Shown: positions 25,472 to 35,319, counted from the stretch's first letter. The stretch: 64,000 nt of DNA from an uncultured Pelagibacteraceae bacterium (GCA_902524545.1 CABZDW010000004.1:6988-70987), one strand, 5' to 3'. Notes: generated by a model not told the origin, from the letters alone. Numbers and translations are program-made.

Positions 25472-26296
25472 ATGGACTTCAAAGCTTTTAAAATGGATGG
25501 ATTGGGGAATGACTTTGTAATTATTGATAATAGACAAAAAATTACCAATTTAACAAAGGAACAGATGGTTAAAATTTGTGATAGAAATTTTATCGGCTGT
25601 GATCAACTAATATTTATTGAGTCAGATAGTTCTGCAGATGCAAGTTTGAGATTTTTTAATTCAGATGGAGGAGAATCTGGAGCATGTGGTAATGGAACAA
25701 GGTGTGTTGCAGATTTAATTTCAAAAGAGAAAAATAGTAATTCTATAGTTTTAAATACACTATCGGGCAAATTAAAATCTCAAATATTGGAAAAAAAAAT
25801 TGTTATGACTGAAATTGGTAAAGCTAAATTAAAATGGAACGAAATACCTTTATCACAAAAAATAGATACAAAAAATTTAAATATGAAAATTATCGACACA
25901 GATAACAACGAGCATTTAGGTGGAACAGCAATTAATGTTGGTAATCCACATATTATTTTTTTTGTAAAAAAAATTAAGGATTTTAATATAGAAACTGTTG
26001 GTCCTGAGATAGAAAATCATGAGTTATTCCCTGAAAAATGTAATGTAACAATTGCACAAATCATCAATAAAAATTTGATCAAGGTAAAAGTGTGGGAGAG
26101 GGGGGCTGGTCTAACTAAAGCTTGTGGAACTGCAGCATGTGCTACTGCATATGCAGGTAAATTAAATAATCTTACAGAAAATAAAACAGATATAGAGTTT
26201 TCAACTGGGAAATTATCAATTTTAATAGATGAATATAATTCTATTCATATGAAAGGGCCTGTTTCGGATATTAAAGAAATTAAGATAAAATTATAA
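25472..26296 (+). CDS. dapF: Diaminopimelate epimerase
   Basis: KMDGLGNDF, ACGNGTRC, VGNPH, ERGAGLTKACGTAAC. Confidence 0.96.
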   Translation: MDFKAFKMDGLGNDFVIIDNRQKITNLTKEQMVKICDRNFIGCDQLIFIESDSSADASLRFFNSDGGESGACGNGTRCVADLISKEKNSNSIVLNTLSGKLKSQILEKKIVMTEIGKAKLKWNEIPLSQKIDTKNLNMKIIDTDNNEHLGGTAINVGNPHIIFFVKKIKDFNIETVGPEIENHELFPEKCNVTIAQIINKNLIKVKVWERGAGLTKACGTAACATAYAGKLNNLTENKTDIEFSTGKLSILIDEYNSIHMKGPVSDIKEIKIKL

Positions 26297-27213
26297 TGGG
26301 TATCTTTGATAAATTTAAAATTGGATTTCAAAAGAGTGCGTCAGCTTTCACGTCTGGACTTAAAGAAATAATTATCAAAAAAGAAATTAATGATGAAAAT
26401 TTGAGCAAAATTGAGGAATTTTTAATTCGATCAGATGTAGGAGTTGAAGCTGCCTCTGAAATAAAAGAAATAATTTCAAGAAAGAAAATTGATCCGAATA
26501 AAGATTTAACTAAAGAAATAAATTCAATTTTAAAAGAATATATAATTTCTTTGATGAAGCCCTTGGAACACAATTCTTTTTTTGAAAAAAAAGAAAAACT
26601 TAGTGCAACTTTGGTTTCTGGAGTTAATGGGGTAGGTAAGACAACAACTATTGGTAAAATAGGAAAAATATTGAAGACTAATGGCAATAAAGTTATGTTT
26701 GCAGCATCAGATACTTTTCGAGCTGCTGCAATTGAACAATTAGAAAATTGGGCAAACCGAGTAGATGTTCAAATAATAAAATCATCTCAAGGTGCCGATC
26801 CAGCCTCTGTTGCTTTTAAAGCAGTAGATGAGGCTATTAAAAGTAACTTTAATCAAGTTCTAATAGATACAGCAGGAAGACTCCAAAATAAAAAAAATTT
26901 GATGGAAGAGTATAAAAAGATAGCCAATGTCACAAAAAAAATAGATCCCAGCGCGCCTCACAATGTTATCTTAGTTTTAGATGCAACATCAGGTCAAAAT
27001 GTATTAAGTCAAGTCGAAGAATTTAATAAGATTATACCAATAACAGGTATTGTAATGACAAAATTAGATGGCACAGCTAAAGGAGGAATTTTGTTGGCTT
27101 TAGCAAAGAAATATGAAATTCCAATTATTGCACTAGGTCTAGGTGAAAAAGAAGACGACTTACAGTTATTTGAAGCAGAAAAATTTGCCGAGGCTTTTAC
27201 TCAAATTAATTAA
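26296..27213 (+). CDS. ftsY: SRP receptor GTPase (short NG form)
   Basis: GVNGVGKTTT, DTFRAAA, DTAGRLQ, TKLDGTAKGG. Confidence 0.96.
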   Translation: MGIFDKFKIGFQKSASAFTSGLKEIIIKKEINDENLSKIEEFLIRSDVGVEAASEIKEIISRKKIDPNKDLTKEINSILKEYIISLMKPLEHNSFFEKKEKLSATLVSGVNGVGKTTTIGKIGKILKTNGNKVMFAASDTFRAAAIEQLENWANRVDVQIIKSSQGADPASVAFKAVDEAIKSNFNQVLIDTAGRLQNKKNLMEEYKKIANVTKKIDPSAPHNVILVLDATSGQNVLSQVEEFNKIIPITGIVMTKLDGTAKGGILLALAKKYEIPIIALGLGEKEDDLQLFEAEKFAEAFTQIN

Positions 27214-27769
27214 TTAAATTACTAGAGATCAAAGGTTTATAGATATTGCATTTATAGTTATCATCAAATTTATAATGACCACAATCTTTAGAGAATGAAG
27301 AGATTATAAAATCAAATTTACCAGTTGTAGGATAAAGTTCTAGTTTTTTACTACTAATGTCATATTTAAAATTAGCATTTAAACTTTTTACAGCACTAAT
27401 CATAACTAATGTTTTGTCATCTTTTAATAAATAATATGCAAAATCATCTGGAAATACTGGAAAATCATATTCTTGTAAAAAATATTTAGCTTGTGAAGGA
27501 AACCACTCATAAGAAATTAAAGGTGAAGAAGACTTTGTTAAATGATTATAAATATAAAGATCTTTCGGATAATCATTTATATAATTACTAATTTCACCCT
27601 TTGCTAAAATAGATTTTTCTCTACCTTTAAAATATAAGCTAAACTCTTTATTGTGTGAGTCCATATGATCTATGTGGAATAAATCATCTGGTTGAAAAAA
27701 TTCATCTTGTGAATAAGCGTTCGTGATAAGAATAGAGACTACAATAAATAAGAAAGATAATTTTTTCAT
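27206..27769 (-). CDS. Hypothetical exported protein
   Basis: 187-aa ORF with signal-peptide-like N-terminus (MKKLSFLFIVVSILITNAYS); no family recognised. Confidence 0.65.
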   Translation of the reverse strand: MKKLSFLFIVVSILITNAYSQDEFFQPDDLFHIDHMDSHNKEFSLYFKGREKSILAKGEISNYINDYPKDLYIYNHLTKSSSPLISYEWFPSQAKYFLQEYDFPVFPDDFAYYLLKDDKTLVMISAVKSLNANFKYDISSKKLELYPTTGKFDFIISSFSKDCGHYKFDDNYKCNIYKPLISSNLIN

Positions 27770-27818
27770 TATCTTTTAATAAAATTGAATTCTGAAGTAT
27801 ATTTGTTGAGATTGTGGC

Positions 27819-28637
27819 TTAATTTAAACTTTTTAAAAAAGAATTAAGGGCTTTAACAAGGTTTTCATCATACTCCATCATATGGTTGTCATGTTTTGTG
27901 AAATAAGAATATTTTGGTTCATTTGCTTTTTCATACATTTTTTTTCCCATAAAAAATGGAACTATTTGATCAGCCTTACCATGCATTATTAGAATTGGAA
28001 TTTTTATATTTTGAATTTTGCTTTTATTATCAAATTTATCTTTCAATAATAAACTTACGGGTACGTATGGATAAAACGTTTTTGCTGCGTCAATCATAGA
28101 AGTAAAAGGAGTTTCCAATACAATACCAGCAAAGTTTTTATTTTGTGATAAATGAGTTGCAATGCCAGTTCCTAATGACTCGCCATAAATAACAATGTTT
28201 TCTTCTTTGACACCTTTGCTAATTAGCCAATTTATTGCACTTTTCCCATCTTCATAAAGGCCCTTTTCAGATGGTTTACCTTTATTGCCACTAAACCCTC
28301 TCCAAGCAATTATTAAAAAGTTAACATCCATTTTATGGAAGTGATTTAGTTTATGAATTCTATTTTCAAGAGAACCAGCGTTTCCATGAAAAAATAAAAC
28401 AGTTTTATATTTTTGTAAGTCTTTTTTATGAAACCAGCCCAATAGTTCAATATTATCATCTGTATTAATTTTTACTTTTTTAATGGGGACTGATATTTGA
28501 TCGCCAGAATAATTATTTTCATTTGGATGATATAATAAATTTCTCTGATAAAAATATAAAAAAAATATAATTAAAAAATAAACAAAAATAATTATTTGAA
28601 AAAATAACAACAAATTATTCCTATACTTTTTCAACAT
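27819..28637 (-). CDS. Membrane-anchored alpha/beta hydrolase (BEM46/ABHD13-like)
   Basis: N-terminal TM, QRNLLYHP, FHGNAG, GESLG, HGKADQIVP. Confidence 0.85.
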   Translation of the reverse strand: MLKKYRNNLLLFFQIIIFVYFLIIFFLYFYQRNLLYHPNENNYSGDQISVPIKKVKINTDDNIELLGWFHKKDLQKYKTVLFFHGNAGSLENRIHKLNHFHKMDVNFLIIAWRGFSGNKGKPSEKGLYEDGKSAINWLISKGVKEENIVIYGESLGTGIATHLSQNKNFAGIVLETPFTSMIDAAKTFYPYVPVSLLLKDKFDNKSKIQNIKIPILIMHGKADQIVPFFMGKKMYEKANEPKYSYFTKHDNHMMEYDENLVKALNSFLKSLN

Positions 28638-29526
28638 TTTTTTTCTTTGCTAAGTATATGCCAAAAAACACTAATATCGTTCCAATGAAATGATAATTTT
28701 CAAATTTTTCATCAAATAAAAAATACCCGTAAATTGCTCCATAAACTGTAAAAACATAAAGAGTAAATCCTGTTAAAGATGCACCTAATTTTTTTTGAGC
28801 AAGAGTGTAAAGTGTAAAAGCTATTATTCCCGGGGAAATAGCAGCGAAAATTACCCAAAAGTAAAATTCAGGTATAAAAGTTGTATGTTTATAAAATATC
28901 TCCTCACCAATATAAAATGGTAATAAACTTAAAGCTCCAAAAAATGATATCAAAGTAAATCTCTCAAAAATTTTAAGTTCTGAACTCCAATAAAATAAAT
29001 AAATGGAATATAATGCCCATCCGATTGCAGCAGCCAACATCCATAAATCACCAATCGTAAATTGTAAATTAATTAGTAAATTTAAATCTCCTTTTATAAT
29101 GATTGTAAAAACTCCTATTAAACATGCAATTAATCCAATTATTTTCGTGAAGTTTACTTTTTCATGAAAGAAAAAGTAAGAAATCAAAATTATGAATACT
29201 GGTGAGGATGTATAAATAATTCCCATATTTGTTACAGTTGTAGTTTCGCCTGCTAAAAATGGAAAAGCTCCGCACACCCCACATCCCATTGAGCCTAAAA
29301 AAAATAATTTTTTAAATTCTTTTTTAATGATCTTGAAATTTTTTTTTAATGTTATGTATGTAAAAGGTAATAATATTAAAAAAACTAATGTCCATCTCCA
29401 AAAAGCTAATGATATTGGAGGTACAAACTCAACACCTCCTCTTGCTACAACAAGATTACTGGCCATAAAAATTGGCTGAATAAATAATAGTGAAAATGAA
29501 AAAAAATTTTTTTTCGAACTAGTCAA
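28621..29526 (-). CDS. DMT/EamA family transporter
   Basis: ~300 aa, about 10 TM segments, PPISLAFWRW, GDLWML. Confidence 0.85.
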   Translation of the reverse strand: MTSSKKNFFSFSLLFIQPIFMASNLVVARGGVEFVPPISLAFWRWTLVFLILLPFTYITLKKNFKIIKKEFKKLFFLGSMGCGVCGAFPFLAGETTTVTNMGIIYTSSPVFIILISYFFFHEKVNFTKIIGLIACLIGVFTIIIKGDLNLLINLQFTIGDLWMLAAAIGWALYSIYLFYWSSELKIFERFTLISFFGALSLLPFYIGEEIFYKHTTFIPEFYFWVIFAAISPGIIAFTLYTLAQKKLGASLTGFTLYVFTVYGAIYGYFLFDEKFENYHFIGTILVFFGIYLAKKKNVEKV

Positions 29527-29537
29527 TTTAATTGGAA

Positions 29538-29714
29538 TCAGCTTTTATCAAAAAAGGCTTCGTAAATCATCATAATTATAGCAGCAGCCATTAAAATATA
29601 GACTGGCAATACATCGAGAAAACCTATCATCATTGATTTAGTAAGCGTTGTTGCCAAACCAACTAAAAAGAAAACAGCAAACGATAAACCTATGACTGTT
29701 GTTATTTTATTCAT
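29538..29714 (-). CDS. Small two-helix membrane protein (58 aa), not in ORF track
   Basis: Manual translation MNKITTVIGLSFAVFFLVGLATTLTKSMMIGFLDVLPVYILMAAAIIMMIYEAFFDKS*; fills the gap between amidase and DMT genes. Confidence 0.75.
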   Translation of the reverse strand: MNKITTVIGLSFAVFFLVGLATTLTKSMMIGFLDVLPVYILMAAAIIMMIYEAFFDKS

Positions 29715-29718
29715 ACGA

Positions 29719-31047
29719 TTATTCCTGACATTCTTTCTCTAACCATTTGGCAATACCTAAAAATCTGTGATCGTCATATTTATTACCAATTAATTGAACT
29801 CCTAATGGTAAATTATTTTCACCCTCAAGTAAAGGCAGTGAAATACACGGTGTTCCAAGATAAGACCAAACTTTATTAAACTCCGCAGTACCAGTGCTTT
29901 TTAAGCCTTTTGGTGCAACACCAGGGCTGGATGGGGATAGAACTCCATGATAATCCTCAAATACTTCCTCATAAGAGTCGTAGCTTCTTTTCATAAAATC
30001 AATTGCCTCAGCATATTCTTTAGCAGTGTACTTATTTCCGTTTGAAATAGCATCCTGCATATACTTGGAAAGTTTTTTTTTATACTTTTTATAATAAATT
30101 GAGAAATTATTAGCTAAATCAGTTTCATGAATAACCTGATGATATTTGTGTATATCTTTGAAATACGATGGAGTATCAAAAATCTCAATATTTTTTTTGA
30201 AAGAATTAATAAAATACTCAAAAGCTTCTCTTGATTTTTTATCAATTATTTTCCAATGATCAGTTTTATAAAAAATAAACTTAGGCTCAAATATCGGACC
30301 TTTTTTTGTTTCTGATAAAATATTTTCTGTTGAATAGTGAATTGTAGCAGGATCATACTTATCTTTTTTAATCAACACTTTCGCTAGCATAGCTACATCT
30401 TCAACCTTACGACCAAACATACCAATTTGGTCTAAATTATATGATGTTCTCAAAACACCATTTCTTGAAATAAGTCCATAACTTGGTTTGTAACCAACAA
30501 CTCCACAGTAAGATGCTGGTCTTATTATAGATCCACCTGTTTGTGAGCCAATAGAGGCTGGTGCCATAAAAGAGGCGACAGAAGCAGCCGATCCACTTGA
30601 TGAACCGCCTGGTGTTCTACTTTTATCATGTGGATTTGTGGTTGGTGGTGGGCCCAAATAAGCAAGTTCTGAAGTTGCTGTTTTGCCCATAACAATTGCT
30701 CCTGATGCATGAAGCAAATCAATTATTTCAGCATTTTGTGAATAAGATTTACCTTTTCTTATAACAGTTCCACATTCAGTTGGCATATCAACAGTTCCTA
30801 TTATATCTTTAACTGCAATTGGCACTCCATGAAGAGAACCTGTAGGTTTACCAGCTCTTCTATGTTCATCTGCTTCAGCTGCTTTTTCTAATAAAATCTT
30901 CCTATCAAAGTGTGCCCAGGCTTTTATATCTTTATCAAACTTTTTTATTCTATCTATATATGTTTCACAAACTTCAACTGATGTAAGTTGACCACTCTTT
31001 ATTTTTTCACTCAATTCTTCTAGACTTAAAGAGAATACGTCTGTCAT
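29719..31047 (-). CDS. Amidase-signature enzyme (malonamidase E2-like motif)
   Basis: LHGVPIAVKD (Lys), TPGGSSSGSAA, GSQTGGSIIRPASYCG. Confidence 0.88.
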   Translation of the reverse strand: MTDVFSLSLEELSEKIKSGQLTSVEVCETYIDRIKKFDKDIKAWAHFDRKILLEKAAEADEHRRAGKPTGSLHGVPIAVKDIIGTVDMPTECGTVIRKGKSYSQNAEIIDLLHASGAIVMGKTATSELAYLGPPPTTNPHDKSRTPGGSSSGSAASVASFMAPASIGSQTGGSIIRPASYCGVVGYKPSYGLISRNGVLRTSYNLDQIGMFGRKVEDVAMLAKVLIKKDKYDPATIHYSTENILSETKKGPIFEPKFIFYKTDHWKIIDKKSREAFEYFINSFKKNIEIFDTPSYFKDIHKYHQVIHETDLANNFSIYYKKYKKKLSKYMQDAISNGNKYTAKEYAEAIDFMKRSYDSYEEVFEDYHGVLSPSSPGVAPKGLKSTGTAEFNKVWSYLGTPCISLPLLEGENNLPLGVQLIGNKYDDHRFLGIAKWLEKECQE

Positions 31048-31053
31048 TCAAAG

Positions 31054-32415
31054 TTAATTAGCAAATAAAGTCTCAGGTAACCAAAGTGCTATTCCTGGAA
31101 ACAGATACATTAAAACCATTGCTAAAATTACAATTCCCAAAAAAGGCATTATACCACTAAATATTTGCATCAACTCAACATTTCTTGATTGCACACCTTT
31201 TAAATAGTATGCAGACATTGCCATTGGTGGGGTTAAAAATGAGGTTTGTAAGTTTAATGCAATCAACATTGCAAAGAAATATGGATTTACTCCAAAAAAT
31301 TCAACCAAAGGTAAAAAAATTGGGACAAAAATAATTAAAATTTCTGTCCATTCTAGTGGCCACCCTAATAAGAAAATAATTATTTGGGTTATTACTAAGA
31401 ACTGCCAAGGCTGAAGATTCAAAGATTTAAAGAAATGTTCAAATACTTCATGTCCACCTAAATAAGAAAAAACAGAAGCGAAAGTCCAAGAACCTATAAA
31501 CAACCACATAATCATAGCTGTTGTTTTTGCTGTTAAAAATACTGACTCTTTAAAATTTTTCCATTTTAAGGTTTTATAGAAATAGGAAAGCACTAAAGCA
31601 CCAAAAGCACCTACAGCTGCAGCCTCTGCTGGAGTAGCAATACCCGCAAGTATAGTACCCAAAACTAAAATTATAAGTGAAAATAAGGGTAAGAATGAAA
31701 CTAAAACTTCTCTCATAATTACGGATGGTGGTGGTATCTCTTCTGCAGCTGGTTTTGGAGCTATTGATGGATTTAACCAAGCCCTAAAAACTGCATAACC
31801 TATATATAATCCAGCTAACATCAATCCTGGAAATATTGCAGCAGCAAATAATCTTAAAGGAGATAACTGTGCAATAACTGAGTAGACAATTAACATAATG
31901 CTTGGTGGAATTAAAATTCCTAAACAACCACCAGAACAAATTATTCCTGAGGCAAATTTTTTATCGTAACCTGCTTTGACCATTGCAGGCCAAGCTAAAA
32001 GTCCCATTAAAGTAACAACAGCTCCAATAATTCCTGTTGCTGTTGAAAATAAAGTACAAGTAATTAATGCTGCAACTGCCATTGAAGCAGGAAGTTTGTG
32101 GGATGCTAATCGTATTGCAAAAAATAATTTTGCAACTATTCCCGCTCTTTCAACTAAATAACCCATAAATAGAAAAAGTGGTACGGCGGTTAAGACATTG
32201 TTGTCCATTACTGTATAGGTATTTTGCACAAAAAGTTGGAATATCCTATTATCAAAAAGATGTTCCATTTTTGTTGGATCAAAGTAAGCATAATATCCAA
32301 AACCCAAACCCATTGCCATTAATGTGAATGCAATAGGGAAACCTAATAAGACGGCAAATAAAAATATCCCCATCATCATAATCGCTACTTCTGGATTTGT
32401 AAGACTAAATAACAT
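31054..32415 (-). CDS. TRAP transporter large permease (DctM)
   Basis: AVPLFLFMG, GCLGILIPPS, ATPAEAA, SFLTPP. Confidence 0.93.
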   Translation of the reverse strand: MLFSLTNPEVAIMMMGIFLFAVLLGFPIAFTLMAMGLGFGYYAYFDPTKMEHLFDNRIFQLFVQNTYTVMDNNVLTAVPLFLFMGYLVERAGIVAKLFFAIRLASHKLPASMAVAALITCTLFSTATGIIGAVVTLMGLLAWPAMVKAGYDKKFASGIICSGGCLGILIPPSIMLIVYSVIAQLSPLRLFAAAIFPGLMLAGLYIGYAVFRAWLNPSIAPKPAAEEIPPPSVIMREVLVSFLPLFSLIILVLGTILAGIATPAEAAAVGAFGALVLSYFYKTLKWKNFKESVFLTAKTTAMIMWLFIGSWTFASVFSYLGGHEVFEHFFKSLNLQPWQFLVITQIIIFLLGWPLEWTEILIIFVPIFLPLVEFFGVNPYFFAMLIALNLQTSFLTPPMAMSAYYLKGVQSRNVELMQIFSGIMPFLGIVILAMVLMYLFPGIALWLPETLFAN

Positions 32416-32995
32416 CGTCTACATTTCCTTTCTGCGCAGTTCTCATTAATATTTTTTCAGTTTCCTCTGCATCTGCTGAAACTCTTTCTGGCCAACCACC
32501 TTCTTTAATACAAATTAAACATCTAAATACTTCACTAATACCTTGTAATGTTAAAAGAGTTCCTGACAAAGGTATTAAAGACTTTGCCATATAAATTTGT
32601 ATTTGTGCTGGACTGTTCCAGCTGGTCTCTCCAATTTTCCAAGCTAAAGCGGCATACTCGTAACCATAAAAAGCTAAAGCGATAACGCCTGGAAAAAAGA
32701 AAATAAAATATAAAACTAAATCAATATAAGCCTGTGTTTTTTGAGAGAATAATCTATAGATAACGTCTCCTCTAACGTGCGCTTCAGTTGATAATGTATA
32801 AGCACCGGCCATCATAAAAATTGCTCCATACATTTGAAGACTAAAATCAAAATTCCATAAAGTAGGAGCATTTAGTGCATATGCCATAAATACCTCATAG
32901 CATGTTCCACCCATTAAGATAACAATACACCAAGAAAAAGCCTTGCCCATCGAGACACTCAAGCGATCAGCAAACTTTATATATGATCTCATCAT
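32405..32995 (-). CDS. TRAP transporter small permease (DctQ)
   Basis: Four TM segments, GAYTL...HVRGD, between dctP and dctM. Confidence 0.9.
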   Translation of the reverse strand: MMRSYIKFADRLSVSMGKAFSWCIVILMGGTCYEVFMAYALNAPTLWNFDFSLQMYGAIFMMAGAYTLSTEAHVRGDVIYRLFSQKTQAYIDLVLYFIFFFPGVIALAFYGYEYAALAWKIGETSWNSPAQIQIYMAKSLIPLSGTLLTLQGISEVFRCLICIKEGGWPERVSADAEETEKILMRTAQKGNVDDVI

Positions 32996-33035
32996 AAATA
33001 TTAACTTTTATTGAATTGTATCTTAATAATCAAAT

Positions 33036-33059
33036 AAAAAAGGGGGCCGAAGCCCCCTC
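33036..33059 (-). terminator. Intrinsic terminator / stabilising hairpin after the TRAP binding-protein gene
   Basis: Minus strand GAGGGGGC-UUCG-GCCCCCUUUUUU: GC stem with cUUCGg tetraloop followed by a U-run. Confidence 0.9.
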
Positions 33060-33080
33060 AATAAAATTTATAAAAGTTGA

Positions 33081-34238
33081 TTATATCTTAACTTTTCCAA
33101 TTGGACCAAACTCATTTTCATACGCAAGTTTGTAATTTGGCTGATTCATCAGCAAGTATTTCATTACTCTCTTAGCATATGATTTCTGAGAATCGACAAC
33201 TTTTTTAAAGAAAGGATCTTTCTTATTGAAATCACCGATCACTTTATCCCAACCTTTTAGTTGTTGAGCTAAAATTTCATCAGAAGTTTGGTAAACATTA
33301 ACTTTATGCTCATTCATCAATTTAGCTAAGTCAGCTGAATATCTTACTAGAGCTTTAAAGTAGTTATCACTGTTTGCAGCGTAAGCAGCATTTTTCAATA
33401 TTGCTTGGTGTGCTGGTGATAAACTATTATATGTTTTTTTATTTACTGGTATCTCAAACATCTCTTGAGATTGGTGGAAGCTTCCTAAGTGATAGTGCTT
33501 AGAAACATCTTGCATACCAAATTGAGAGTCTGAAGTTGGGTTGTTAAACTCAGCTGCTTCAATCAAACCAGTTTTCATAGCTGGTTGGATTTCACCACCT
33601 GGTAATTGTCTAACTACCATTCCCATTGCAGTTAAAACGTTAGTCGCTAAACCAACCGTTCTATACTTCATACCTTTAACGTCAGATACTTTAGTTACGT
33701 TCTTTTTGAACCAACCAAATGGCTGCGCTGGCATAGGCATATGGAAAAAACCAATATAGTCGAAACCTACTTTTGCAAGTGTTTCATCATATAGTTTTCT
33801 TCCTCCACCATACTCCATCCATCCCATAACTTCTTGAGATGACATACCGTATGAAGGACCAGTTCCAAATAAAGATGCAGCTGGATTTTTACCATACCAA
33901 TATGCTGTCACCCAGTGACCCATATCAACTACACCAGAACTTACTGCTTGTCCGATTTCTGAAGTCTTTACGACTGCTCCAACTGGTTGAAGATCTATCT
34001 TAAGTGTACCACCAGACATTTGATCTACCATTTTGCAGTAGTCTCCGGCCATTTCAAAAAAAATGTTCGCTCCACTTGGCCATGCAGCTTGCATCTTTAA
34101 AGTTTTGTGACCGCCAGCAGTTGCTATGTTTGGCATTGCAACAGCGGCTGCAGCTACAGCACTTGCTTTAGCAGCAGTTTTAAAGAACTTACGTCTTGAA
34201 GATTTTTTTATCTTCAATGATTTGTTTTCTTTAGTCAT
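33081..34238 (-). CDS. TRAP solute-binding protein (DctP/TakP-like), Tat-exported
   Basis: Twin-arginine signal SRRKFFK, MSGG, GWFKK, KYRTVGL (carboxylate-binding Arg), AAEFNNP; strong SD GAGGAG. Confidence 0.92.
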   Translation of the reverse strand: MTKENKSLKIKKSSRRKFFKTAAKASAVAAAAVAMPNIATAGGHKTLKMQAAWPSGANIFFEMAGDYCKMVDQMSGGTLKIDLQPVGAVVKTSEIGQAVSSGVVDMGHWVTAYWYGKNPAASLFGTGPSYGMSSQEVMGWMEYGGGRKLYDETLAKVGFDYIGFFHMPMPAQPFGWFKKNVTKVSDVKGMKYRTVGLATNVLTAMGMVVRQLPGGEIQPAMKTGLIEAAEFNNPTSDSQFGMQDVSKHYHLGSFHQSQEMFEIPVNKKTYNSLSPAHQAILKNAAYAANSDNYFKALVRYSADLAKLMNEHKVNVYQTSDEILAQQLKGWDKVIGDFNKKDPFFKKVVDSQKSYAKRVMKYLLMNQPNYKLAYENEFGPIGKVKI

Positions 34239-34239
34239 T

Positions 34240-34272
34240 ATTACTCCTCTTTAGTTAATTAACTGGAGTAAT
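34240..34272 (-). promoter_or_regulatory. SD-sequestering hairpin in the dctP leader
   Basis: ATTACTCC (34240-34247) and GGAGTAAT (34265-34272) form an 8-bp inverted repeat around palindrome AGTTAATTAACT; in the mRNA, AUUACUCC can pair with the SD-containing GGAGUAAU. Confidence 0.6.
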
Positions 34273-34301
34273 TAAACATAGAATCAAATTAGAGTCTTTC
34301 T

Positions 34302-34347
34302 AAAAAAACGTGTAGATGCCGCAGAAATTTAATTAAATTCAATCTAC
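34302..34347 (-). terminator. Possible terminator after the 2-hydroxyacid dehydrogenase gene
   Basis: GTAGAT/ATCTAC inverted repeat enclosing AATTTAATTAAATT, followed on the minus strand by a 7-U run. Confidence 0.4.
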
Positions 34348-34354
34348 GGTAGTA

Positions 34355-35308
34355 TTAATTAACTTTATTTACACAATTTCCTGTGTTGAAAAACTCATGA
34401 ATATTATCAATTGCTAAATTGGCCATTGCAATTCTAGTGTCTTTAGTTGCACTTCCTAAATGAGGTAAAATGAATGCTGATTTAATTTTAAGATAACCGG
34501 GATTTAAATTTGGTTCATTCTTGTAAACATCTAAACCCGCTGCATAAATTTTTCTTCTATTAAGCGCGTCGATTAAAGCTTCGTCATCAACTATATCACC
34601 TCTTGCAACATTTGTTATTACTGCTCCTTTTGGAAAATATTCAACTGTTTCTCTATTTATCATGTTTTCGGTTTCTTTAGTTGCAGGACAACAAATAGAT
34701 AAGACATCTGATACTGAAAAAAGACTTTTAATGTTATCATGATAAGTTGCTCCATTTTCTTTATCTTCAGATAACTTTGATCTATTGTGATAATGTATCA
34801 CCATACCTAAAGACTTTGCTATTCTTGCAATCTTTTGTCCAATCCTTCCCATCCCTAAAACACCCAACCTAGTGCCAGTTAGTTGCTTACCAATTAAATA
34901 ATCTGCTGACCATTTCCAACCACCGTCTTTTGCAGACTGAATACCTTCTGAAGCTCTTCTGCATGCACCTAAAATTAATAGTATGCCAATTTCTGCCGTA
35001 GCATCAGACAATACATCTGGAGTATTGGTAACTGCGATACCTTTATCTTTAGCAGCATTTAAGTCGATATTTCCAAAACCTACTGCAAAGTTTGAAATAA
35101 TCTTAATTGTATCAGGCAACTTGCTAATAGTTTCCTTATCCATTTTATCAGTAAGTGATGTTAAAATTCCATCACAACCTTGGCTCATATCTATTACTTT
35201 GGATTGAGAATATAGCTCATCATTGGTATTAAATATTGAATTAAATATTTTAGAGGCTTTATCTTCACTATCTTTGATCAATTTTCTTGTAATCAAAATT
35301 TTTTTCAT
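34355..35308 (-). CDS. D-2-hydroxyacid dehydrogenase (glyoxylate/hydroxypyruvate reductase family)
   Basis: VTNTPDVL, GMGRIG, NVARG, GLDVYKNEP, PHLGSAT. Confidence 0.9.
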   Translation of the reverse strand: MKKILITRKLIKDSEDKASKIFNSIFNTNDELYSQSKVIDMSQGCDGILTSLTDKMDKETISKLPDTIKIISNFAVGFGNIDLNAAKDKGIAVTNTPDVLSDATAEIGILLILGACRRASEGIQSAKDGGWKWSADYLIGKQLTGTRLGVLGMGRIGQKIARIAKSLGMVIHYHNRSKLSEDKENGATYHDNIKSLFSVSDVLSICCPATKETENMINRETVEYFPKGAVITNVARGDIVDDEALIDALNRRKIYAAGLDVYKNEPNLNPGYLKIKSAFILPHLGSATKDTRIAMANLAIDNIHEFFNTGNCVNKVN

Positions 35309-35319
35309 AGACTTTTTTA

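Noticed and set aside
29719-31047. gatA
   Set aside because: No gatB/gatC adjacent; QTGGSIIRP motif and TRAP context indicate a catabolic amidase.
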